Source of the DNA: Candidatus Thalassarchaeaceae archaeon
GTDB taxonomy: Archaea; Thermoplasmatota; Poseidoniia; Poseidoniales; Thalassarchaeaceae
NCBI GenBank assembly: GCA_023700245.1
Contig: JAJPRE010000001.1
Location: forward strand, 2,022 to 66,021
Reading direction: 5' to 3'
DNA length: 64,000 bases
Shown here one piece after another: positions 37,695 to 45,845 of this stretch. The notes beneath the pieces are model-generated. The model was given only the letters and a program-made list of their open reading frames with translations, ran no database searches and was not told the DNA's origin. The translations under genes and the position numbers were made by a program. The stretch's first letter is position 1. Each line of letters opens with the position of its first letter.

Positions 37695-39542
37695 TTGGAG
37701 AATGATTACATGAATCCCGATACTGGCACACAATCTGATGAATTTAGTGGTCGTTTGGGACTTATATTCGCAACTATAGGTGCAGCTATAGGGACAGGAA
37801 ATATTTGGAGATTCCCAAGGATGGTTGGTGCAAATGGGGGAGGATCTTTCCTAATACCTTGGTTAATATTCCTCTTTTTATGGTCAGTACCACTTATTAT
37901 TGCTGAATTCGCACTAGGTAAAAGAAGTAGGACAGGAACAGTTGGGACATTTCGTATTTTTACTGGAAATAAATTTGCTTGGATGGGACTTTGGACTGCA
38001 TGGATATCAACGGCAATTGGTTTTTACTATGCTGTTGTAACGGGCTGGTGTTTGAATTATTTTCAAACAGCAATACGAGGCGGTTTAGGGTCCGAAGTAG
38101 ATACTCAAGAAGTTTGGAATTCATTCCTTCAAGATACTTGGCAAGTAATTGGATTCCAATTAATTGCAGTAATCATCACCATGGCAGCGATTTGGAAAGG
38201 TGCCAAGGCAATTGAAAAAGTAAATGTTACATTAATGATATCTTTGTTTATATTACTATTTGCAGCATTATTCCTATCATTTGTGATGGATTTGAAAGAC
38301 GGTACACTGGACGGTTTTGTGTACATGTTCAGTATCCAACCTGAATATCTATATGAGCCAGAAACATGGATTAATGGCTTATCTCAGTCAGCTTGGTCGT
38401 GCTCCGCTGGAATGGGAATGGCAATAACTTATTCAGTCTATATGAGGAAAGATGAGGATACTACTCTGAACGCAGCAACCATGTGTCTTGCTAACAATAG
38501 TATCTCAATCATAGCCGGATTAACAGTTATGATGGCTGTATTCTCAGTTTCTGAAGATCCATTAGGGGCCGTCAGTGGAGGAAGTAGTGCGATTACCTTC
38601 TTAGTCTTACCAGAAGTATTTGCTCAGGCTCCAGGGGGGCCCGTTGTACAGCTTTTGATGGTTACAATGTTTTTCCTCGCACTTTCCTTTGCAGCTCTAA
38701 CTTCTATGATATCGACTGTTGAACTCTGTGTAAGAAATTTTGTAGATCACGGCATCGAACGTCAAAAAGCGGTAGGTTTCACTACTATAGCAATCTTCTT
38801 CTTTGGTATTCCTAGTGCCGCTTTGTGGATTAAATTAGATACGGACACTGGCGTTGCATTTCCTCAATTTTTAGAAGTCCAAGACCATATATGGGGATAT
38901 GGGCTAATGTTTAGCGGATTATTCATAGCATATTCAATATGGAAATACGGCTGGTCCAGATATCGAAATTGGCAAGAAGAGAATGATATAACTGGCTTCA
39001 ACTTCCGAGATTATCTTGATAATGGAGTATCTTCTTTTAGAGATGATTTTATCAATACTGGAGATAATGATTGGTGGATAGGAAAATGGTGGGATTATAT
39101 CATGTATTTAGGATTCCCAATTATGTTTGGAGTTCTAATGTCATCCTATTTCATAGATTTACTGATTAATGTCGATGACCCATGGAATCCTAGCAACCCT
39201 GATGGAATATCTATAGTTCTACTTTTCTGGGGAGTAACTGCAGGATTATTCATAGGTATGAATAAGTATATCTTAATCAATAGAGTTATTCCTAATGATG
39301 ATCAATTTTGGTTAATTGCGTTTCTTACTGGTAACTATGAGCTCGAGCCTAGGCCTTTGTATAGAAACGTGCCAGAAGGAGCCAAAGCATCAATTGAGAC
39401 ATTACCTGGAGGAACTGATCCATACATAATCAAAGCCGGAGATAAATTACCTACAACCTTTGTTAATGAATATGGTGAGACGGTTGTCCATACACTTTCA
39501 ACAATGGAAGCAGAAATAACACCAAAAAAAAATCCAAACTAA
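37695..39542 (+). CDS. Sodium-dependent transporter, NSS/SNF family
   Basis: GAAIGTGNIWRFP, NGGGSFLIPW, AEFALG, FAALTSMIS. Confidence 0.92.
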   Translation: MENDYMNPDTGTQSDEFSGRLGLIFATIGAAIGTGNIWRFPRMVGANGGGSFLIPWLIFLFLWSVPLIIAEFALGKRSRTGTVGTFRIFTGNKFAWMGLWTAWISTAIGFYYAVVTGWCLNYFQTAIRGGLGSEVDTQEVWNSFLQDTWQVIGFQLIAVIITMAAIWKGAKAIEKVNVTLMISLFILLFAALFLSFVMDLKDGTLDGFVYMFSIQPEYLYEPETWINGLSQSAWSCSAGMGMAITYSVYMRKDEDTTLNAATMCLANNSISIIAGLTVMMAVFSVSEDPLGAVSGGSSAITFLVLPEVFAQAPGGPVVQLLMVTMFFLALSFAALTSMISTVELCVRNFVDHGIERQKAVGFTTIAIFFFGIPSAALWIKLDTDTGVAFPQFLEVQDHIWGYGLMFSGLFIAYSIWKYGWSRYRNWQEENDITGFNFRDYLDNGVSSFRDDFINTGDNDWWIGKWWDYIMYLGFPIMFGVLMSSYFIDLLINVDDPWNPSNPDGISIVLLFWGVTAGLFIGMNKYILINRVIPNDDQFWLIAFLTGNYELEPRPLYRNVPEGAKASIETLPGGTDPYIIKAGDKLPTTFVNEYGETVVHTLSTMEAEITPKKNPN

Positions 39543-39568
39543 CAAAAAATGATAAATCCAAACTAACA
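39530..39568 (+). repeat. 15-bp direct repeat AAATCCAAACTAACA x2
   Basis: Copies at 39530-39544 (spanning the transporter stop codon) and 39554-39568. Confidence 0.8.
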
Positions 39569-39604
39569 GTTTTGGAAACTGAAATTATTTGAGGAATTTA
39601 AAAT

Positions 39605-40078
39605 ATGATAGCCTCAGATGATTATCCTAGATCTAAGTTACTTCGAGAGTTTACGATGTATTGTGGTGTCGGATGCATCAATGTAGCAATTTTCTTTGTA
39701 TTATATTGGTTCTTTTCGGATTATGCTACTATGACCAAATATCCCGAAACATTCGGTTGGGCCGTTTCATTTTTTATTAGCTCAGTCCAGGCTTTTGTAT
39801 TACATCGCTGGCTTACATTTGAATCAGAATCAGAAATTCGCTCTAGTTTTACTAGGATGATGATTGTATACACAATTCTATGGATTTTTTCAACTGTTAC
39901 TTTCTATGTCTTGGTTGAGATTGTCGAATTAAACGAATGGATATCATGGGCCATCAATACTGGTGCATTTGGATTTTTCACTTTCTTAGCACTTAGATTC
40001 TATGCTTTCCCTCTTTCTGATGGGAGAGTAACTCGTAAAGAAAGGCTCGATAACTTCCGTGAACGACATAAGGCTTGA
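39605..40078 (+). CDS. GtrA-family membrane protein
   Basis: Four TMs, YCGVGCINV, FVLHRWLTF. Confidence 0.8.
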   Translation: MIASDDYPRSKLLREFTMYCGVGCINVAIFFVLYWFFSDYATMTKYPETFGWAVSFFISSVQAFVLHRWLTFESESEIRSSFTRMMIVYTILWIFSTVTFYVLVEIVELNEWISWAINTGAFGFFTFLALRFYAFPLSDGRVTRKERLDNFRERHKA

Positions 40079-40083
40079 AGTGG

Positions 40084-41360
40084 CTTTGTTTGTTCGAATA
40101 ACCGTGGCACAAGGCGTTCGAGGTACTCGAGATTTCTATCCAGAGGATATGAGGCTACGAAATTGGCTTTTTGATAACTTCGATGATGCAGCGCTATCTC
40201 ACGGTTTTGAAGAATATGATGCCCCTATTCTTGAGCATGAAGATCTCTATACAAGAAAACAAGGTGAAGAGATCACTCAACAGTTGTATAATTTTCAAGA
40301 TAAAGGTGATCGTAAGGTCGCCTTAAGGCCGGAGATGACTCCTTCATTGGCACGTATGGTGATGAGCAGAGCAGGTGCTTTACCAATGCCAATAAAATGG
40401 TATTCGATACCTCAATGTTGGAGGTATGAAAGGACTCAACGTGGCCGAGGAAGGGAACATTATCAATGGAATGTGGACATTTGGGGAACTTCTGAAATTT
40501 CAGCAGATGCTGAATTAATATCGGTAGTAGTAACATTTTTTGAGAGTGTAGGACTGTCTTCTGATGATTTAGTTATTAGAATTAGTAGTAGAAAAGTACT
40601 GGAGGAAGTTTTAGGATCTCTCAAAGTAGAGGGAGATATATTTACTAAAACGTGCATAATTGTTGATAAAATGGATAAACTCTCTGTGGATGTAATATCT
40701 CAACAATTAGCAGAATTGGGTCATGATTCACATGCAATACAAACAATTCAGAATATTCTCGGAATTAAAGATATGTCAGATTTAACTTCTGCTTTAGAGG
40801 ATGAAAGTATTGCTGTTTCTGAATTAAATGTTCTTTTTGACTCAATTGATTCTTATGGGATATCTGATTGGGTAGAATTTGACGCTTCTATTGTTAGGGG
40901 GCTTGCATATTATACTGGTTCCGTTTTTGAAGCACATGATAGAGAAGGAAAATTTCGAGCAATTTGTGGTGGAGGACGATATGACAAACTACTTTCCACA
41001 TTAGGAGGTAAGGACTTACCAGCAACAGGATTTGGATTCGGAGATATGGTAATAATGGAATTACTCGAAGAAAAGAAACTTCTTCCTGAATTAATTAGTA
41101 GTACAGAAGATGTTGTGATTCCATTGAGTCCAGATTTGAGGAATGTTGCAGTTATGGTTGCAGCAGCACTTAGGGATACTGGCAGAACTGTAGACCTAGT
41201 TCTTGAGGATAAGAAAATGAAATGGGCGTTCAAACATGCCGAAAGAATAGGTGCAGATCGTCTTGTCATGGTAATGCCCGAAGAATGGAAATCAGAGAAA
41301 GTTAGAATCAAAGATTTGCATACTGGGGAAGAATCTGATGTTTCATTTGAAGAATTATAA
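40084..41360 (+). CDS. hisS: Histidine--tRNA ligase
   Basis: RGTRDFYP, LRPEMTPS, RYERTQRGRGREHYQ, VRGLAYYTG, GGGRYD. GTG start at 40084 is likely. Confidence 0.96.
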
Positions 41361-42170
41361 TTATTCTTCAGGCTTATTGGAAACTAGGACTGCTGCCATT
41401 GCAAGAGCACCCACGCCTGCTATTAGTCCAAAACCAGGTAATCCACTATCTTCGCTATTTTCTGGAACTTCTTCGTTAGGATCAACCACATCTGAAACAT
41501 TTATTATTGGAAATTTAACATCAACTTTCATTCCTTCTTGATTATTTGAATAATACATCTTGAATTCTCCCGCACAATCTTGAACAAAGCACTCTAGTCC
41601 ATTATATCCGGGTTTAGAATATTGAATTCTAAAAATTGGGTCTTCGCCATTAAAACTCCATTTTATAGTATTGTTATCTACAGGAATATCCCATAATATC
41701 TGCTCATCATCTCCACTTGTTGATACTGCAGGGAACTGTTTTGTTGCAACATCTAAAGATCCTTTACTCAATGTGATTTTTAAATCCATACAAGCGCTAT
41801 CATTACCATCATCTTCACAATCTCCTGACCAAGTTGAAAATCCTAATTGAAATGCTATTGTTCCATTGGGATCTAGATGCATGTCTTCTTTGAGGCTATC
41901 TTGTAATCTACATTGATAATCAACATTAACTTGAGAGCCTTGTGAAAATTCTTTCATTCCAAATCCCTCTTCATGGGTTGCCGTATCATTGGAATCAAAA
42001 TGAGTCCAGCAATTACCTAAATCTTGAGTTCCCCAAACATACATCCTTGAATTATCTATTGATGGTTGTTTAGGGTCATCGGCAACTTGAGCCGTAGTCG
42101 GTGCGACCAAAGTCGATAGCGCTAGTAAAGTTGCGAGAACAATTGAGAGTGTGACACGCCCTGCTTCCAT
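41361..42170 (-). CDS. Secreted Cys-containing protein with PGF-CTERM anchor
   Basis: Signal peptide from ATG 42170; C-terminal LPGFGLIAGVGALAMAAV. Confidence 0.75.
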   Translation of the reverse strand: MEAGRVTLSIVLATLLALSTLVAPTTAQVADDPKQPSIDNSRMYVWGTQDLGNCWTHFDSNDTATHEEGFGMKEFSQGSQVNVDYQCRLQDSLKEDMHLDPNGTIAFQLGFSTWSGDCEDDGNDSACMDLKITLSKGSLDVATKQFPAVSTSGDDEQILWDIPVDNNTIKWSFNGEDPIFRIQYSKPGYNGLECFVQDCAGEFKMYYSNNQEGMKVDVKFPIINVSDVVDPNEEVPENSEDSGLPGFGLIAGVGALAMAAVLVSNKPEE

Positions 42171-42222
42171 ATTACCTACTCCCAACTGCTCTCGTTTGAT
42201 ACTTACCCTCACCTGTTCTTAG

Positions 42223-43350
42223 TCAATCAAATCTCTGAAACTCACTTTCTGACTTATTTCGAACCTTTTTTGCTATATTTAGTGCTTCACCAAGCATATC
42301 TGCACTGAGCATCTCATTATTGAGTCTCTCACTAATAACTCCTGTAATTATTGACATAACTTTGATTGTATCTCCAAAGGCAGGATCCTGCCTTGCTCCA
42401 AATATTACTTGTGCATTAGGAGAAAGTCTTGCTGTCATTAATTCTACAACTTGATTTGCCTGCTCTAAAGTCATATATGGGCCTCCAGTTACATGTATCA
42501 ATGCACCAGTAGCTCCATCAATTTCAATATCTAATAGTGGATGATTGAGGGATTCATGAACTACTTCTTCAGGTCCTTGATCACTCTCTCCATAAAGCAT
42601 CATAGTTACTCCGCCACCTTTCATAATCGTTCTGACATCAGCAAAATCTAAATTAATCAAACTAGGTAATGTAATTGTTTCAACAACTCCTTTGACTATT
42701 TCAGCAATTAATTGATCCATTATACTAAATGCTTCATCCATTGGAAGATTTGGTACATAATGTAGGAGTCTATTGTTATCTAAAACAAGAACTGCATCCG
42801 CAGTATCACGAACCATGTTCAGCCCTTCTAATGCTCTTTTCATCCTCATTTTTCTTTCAACAGAAAATGGAGTAGTTACTACTGCAACAACTAATGCACC
42901 AGCCTTCTTTGCTTCTTCTGCTACAACGGGGGCAATTCCTGTTCCTGTTCCTCCTCCAAGTCCAGCTGTTACGAATACTAAATCTGCACCATCAACTATC
43001 TTCGCAATGACATCTCTACCAGCTTCAGCACATCTTCGTCCCATTGCAGGATCTCCTCCTGCGCCTAAACCTCTAGTAATATGCCTCCCAACAAGTAACT
43101 TTTGCATTGCACGAGTATTGTCTAAATGTTGTTTATCAGTATTTATAGCGACCGTTATTGCACCTTCAACTCCAATATGTGTAATACGATTCATGGTATT
43201 ATTCCCAGACCCTCCACAACCACAAACTAGTATTCTTGGATCAGGTGGACCATATTCTTCTAATTCTCTATCAGTGAGCGCTGTTGGTATCCTTCTAGAA
43301 GATATTCCGTGGCTAGCAGAACCAATTGAACTCATAGGTACCTCTACCAT
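42223..43350 (-). CDS. ftsZ: Cell division protein FtsZ (FtsZ2-like)
   Basis: GCGGSGNN, TRGLGAGG, GLGGGTGTG; LDNNRLLHYVPNLP and PSLINLDFAD match the euryarchaeal FtsZ2 pattern. Confidence 0.95.
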   Translation of the reverse strand: MVEVPMSSIGSASHGISSRRIPTALTDRELEEYGPPDPRILVCGCGGSGNNTMNRITHIGVEGAITVAINTDKQHLDNTRAMQKLLVGRHITRGLGAGGDPAMGRRCAEAGRDVIAKIVDGADLVFVTAGLGGGTGTGIAPVVAEEAKKAGALVVAVVTTPFSVERKMRMKRALEGLNMVRDTADAVLVLDNNRLLHYVPNLPMDEAFSIMDQLIAEIVKGVVETITLPSLINLDFADVRTIMKGGGVTMMLYGESDQGPEEVVHESLNHPLLDIEIDGATGALIHVTGGPYMTLEQANQVVELMTARLSPNAQVIFGARQDPAFGDTIKVMSIITGVISERLNNEMLSADMLGEALNIAKKVRNKSESEFQRFD

Positions 43351-43404
43351 ATATTTCTCCCCCATGCATCCCCGGCATTACTGCCTTACAAACCAACAGT
43401 GAAT

Positions 43405-43434
43405 TCTTTCCCTTCTTAATAGTTGAGGGAAAGA
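43405..43434. promoter_or_regulatory. Perfect 9-bp inverted repeat bracketing the putative ftsZ TATA box
   Basis: TCTTTCCCT-N12-AGGGAAAGA; the spacer contains TATTAAG on the minus strand. Confidence 0.5.
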
Positions 43435-43577
43435 TCGTGTCCATAAGGCTGTTTTCATAGGTTATTTTTTTCACCGGTTATCTTGATAATTTTTAATATA
43501 AAAAAAGAATCTTCGATTTCATTTAGGGTCATTAGATTGGAAAGCAACATAAGGTAATGTATGCTCGTCTAGCACAT

Positions 43578-43691
43578 CCGAGCTTAGCTCAGTTGGCTAG
43601 AGCACCTGACTGTAGACTGGAAATAACAACTTCGGTTGTTGGCCAAATGGCCATCAGGGGGTCCCCGGTTCAAGTCCGGGAGCTCGGACCA
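43578..43691 (+). tRNA. tRNA-Tyr(GTA) with 37-nt intron at 37/38 and encoded CCA
   Basis: Acceptor CCGAGCT/AGCTCGG (C1:G72), D arm GCTC/GAGC, anticodon stem CCTGA/TCAGG, GTA at 43612-43614, intron 43616-43652, T arm CCCGG-TTCAAGT-CCGGG. Confidence 0.93.
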
Positions 43692-43907
43692 CCATTATTC
43701 AGTGAGGTAATCTATCCAAATTCCTGTAAATCAAATCTAAATGAATGTTAAACAGGGCCAATGGGAATTAAATTTGCAAAAAAGAACATTCAAATCGGTA
43801 GGGCCATATCACTCCTAGAGTGCTACAATGCAGTCCTTTGATTTATTTTAGTGGCAAGTAGGCTCTTAAAGGAATGTAATCTCGGCGACTCGCTAGGAGG
43901 TATACAA

Positions 43908-44495
43908 ATGAGTCTAAACCAATATATTAGAGCCGTATGGAAGCAACCTAAAGAAAATATTCCAAGCCGTCATAGGATCGCAAGGATGGCTAGCTGGAGA
44001 AAAGAACCAGTTTTCCAAAGAATCGAAAAACCTACTCGAATAGATGCTGCCAGGAGCGTAGGCTACAGGGCTAAGCAAGGTGTAGTAGTAATACGAACTA
44101 GGATACGCCGTGGTGGATTAAGGAAAGGAAAAATTCACATGAAGCGTAAACCTTCTAAAGCAGGTATTACAAAGATAACTATGGCTAAATCTACTCAAAG
44201 AATGGCCGAAGAAAGAGCTAGCAAGAGATATCCAAATTTGGAAGTACTTAACTCATATTGGGTAGGCCAAGATGGAAAAAATAAATTCTTCGAGATAATC
44301 ATGCTAGATCCTCATCATCCGGTAATTAAAGCAGACAAACAATACAATTGGATTTCAACTGGCAGCAGTCACAGGGGCCGAGCCGCTCGTGGAAAAACTA
44401 GCGCTGGAAAAAGGGGAAGAGGATTATACAATAAAGGAAAGGGAGCAGAAAAGCTTCGCCCTAGTCTTAAGGCTAATAGAAACCGTGGAAAATAA
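43908..44495 (+). CDS. rpl15e: 50S ribosomal protein L15e
   Basis: PTRIDAARSVGYRAKQG, EVLNSYWVGQDG, RGKTSAG; SD GGAGG before ATG 43908. Confidence 0.96.
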   Translation: MSLNQYIRAVWKQPKENIPSRHRIARMASWRKEPVFQRIEKPTRIDAARSVGYRAKQGVVVIRTRIRRGGLRKGKIHMKRKPSKAGITKITMAKSTQRMAEERASKRYPNLEVLNSYWVGQDGKNKFFEIIMLDPHHPVIKADKQYNWISTGSSHRGRAARGKTSAGKRGRGLYNKGKGAEKLRPSLKANRNRGK

Positions 44496-44542
44496 TTTTT
44501 TCTTCCGTCATATTGATGGTTTGAACCTCACTGGTGAAGTCG

Positions 44543-44803
44543 ATGGCTGACTACTACGTCTCGGAGATTCGTGGCCTTCCAGTAATTCTTCCCGACGGAA
44601 GGGTGATTGGAACTGTCAATGATACAATTGTAATAATTGGTGAAGACTCAATTAAATGTAGTCATATTTTTGTTGCAAATCCTCCCAATGAGATAGTTGA
44701 AGATGGCATTCATGTTTCCATACCTTGGCATTGGATTCGTTCAATTGGTGATGTTATTGTTTTACGCTGGTTTCCTCCAACTCCAATTCCTCGAGATTTA
44801 TAA
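44543..44803 (+). CDS. PRC-barrel protein (CdpB-like)
   Basis: SEIRGLPVILPDGRVIGTVND...IPWHWIRSIGDVIVL; SD GGTGA. Confidence 0.75.
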   Translation: MADYYVSEIRGLPVILPDGRVIGTVNDTIVIIGEDSIKCSHIFVANPPNEIVEDGIHVSIPWHWIRSIGDVIVLRWFPPTPIPRDL

Positions 44804-44809
44804 TTTATT

Positions 44810-45805
44810 GTGGAAAGTGGAAAAATGCTTGATTTTCATGTACTTGGGACATCTGGTTCGAGGCCAACTGGTACAAGATCTGTATCAGGAAATTACCTTT
44901 CTACACCTTCAGGAAGTATAGTTATTGATTGTGGTGAAGGATTTCAAGATAGACTTGTTAAACATGAATTAGATCTTAAAAAAAATCCAATAGGCATCCG
45001 TGCAAGAATTTCAAAAATTAAGGCGATATTGCTCACACACTCACATCTTGATCATTGTTGGGGAGTTCTACCATTTTTGAAAACCATGCAGTTGGATGGA
45101 AGAACAAAGCCATTGACTATAATCGGACCTACTACGAAAGAAGCCATTGATTGGGTAGAGAATAATTATGGAAACCCAATTCCTCTAGGATCAGGAATAA
45201 ATCCATCAGACTTTTCTATTTTATTCAGGGAATGGAAATCACATCTTGAGAATAACTCTAATCAAAATAAATTTTCAATAGAGTGGATCCTAATTCCTAT
45301 AGATGGATATGAACCTATTCATTTGCCGGCCCAACCCCTTCCAAATATCCAACTATCTGCCATACCTACGATCCATGGGGTAACTTCAGTAGGATGGCTA
45401 ATTTCTATTGAGGGGAATATAAGTAGAAGAATATTGATATCCGGAGATACTACAAAAAATGTACCTTCATTTAACAAATCTTCGCTAAACGGGCCTTTGG
45501 ATTTACTAATTCATGAAGCGACATTTACTAGTGAATTATCTGAAAAAGCAGAAAAACACGGGCATTCATCTGCCTTAGATGCTGCTAAAGCAGCCTTAGA
45601 TACAAATACTAATACTTTGGGAATGGTACATTTTAGTCCAAGAATAAAAGATATCGGAGTTCTTGAAAATGAAGCTAGAAAACTTCATCTAAAGAGTATA
45701 GCTTGTCAAGACGGAGATATTTTTAGAATCAAAAATGATGGCAAAATTATTCTAATGAGAAAGAACAAAAAATCTTGGTTTGAACATGATAGTCAACGAA
45801 CGTGA
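44810..45805 (+). CDS. RNase Z/BN-like metallo-beta-lactamase
   Basis: LGTSGSRP, DCGEG, THSHLDH, SGDT, HEAT, HGHSS, HFSPR. Confidence 0.85.
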   Translation: MESGKMLDFHVLGTSGSRPTGTRSVSGNYLSTPSGSIVIDCGEGFQDRLVKHELDLKKNPIGIRARISKIKAILLTHSHLDHCWGVLPFLKTMQLDGRTKPLTIIGPTTKEAIDWVENNYGNPIPLGSGINPSDFSILFREWKSHLENNSNQNKFSIEWILIPIDGYEPIHLPAQPLPNIQLSAIPTIHGVTSVGWLISIEGNISRRILISGDTTKNVPSFNKSSLNGPLDLLIHEATFTSELSEKAEKHGHSSALDAAKAALDTNTNTLGMVHFSPRIKDIGVLENEARKLHLKSIACQDGDIFRIKNDGKIILMRKNKKSWFEHDSQRT

Positions 45806-45845
45806 TTGCGATACGATTCAAAAGGCATGTCTAAACGGTCAAACG

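Noticed and set aside
42773-43402. 209-aa plus-strand ORF
   Set aside because: Antisense to ftsZ with no motifs; typical shadow of a conserved gene.
43366-43577. cdrS-like ribbon-helix-helix gene upstream of ftsZ2
   Set aside because: Minus-strand frames I read are short and lack the motif.
43557-43751. 64-aa ORF
   Set aside because: Overlaps tRNA-Tyr.
43692-43907. Possible integrated element, small ORF or ncRNA after tRNA-Tyr
   Set aside because: No integrase or repeated tRNA 3' end seen, only very short frames and no convincing structure.
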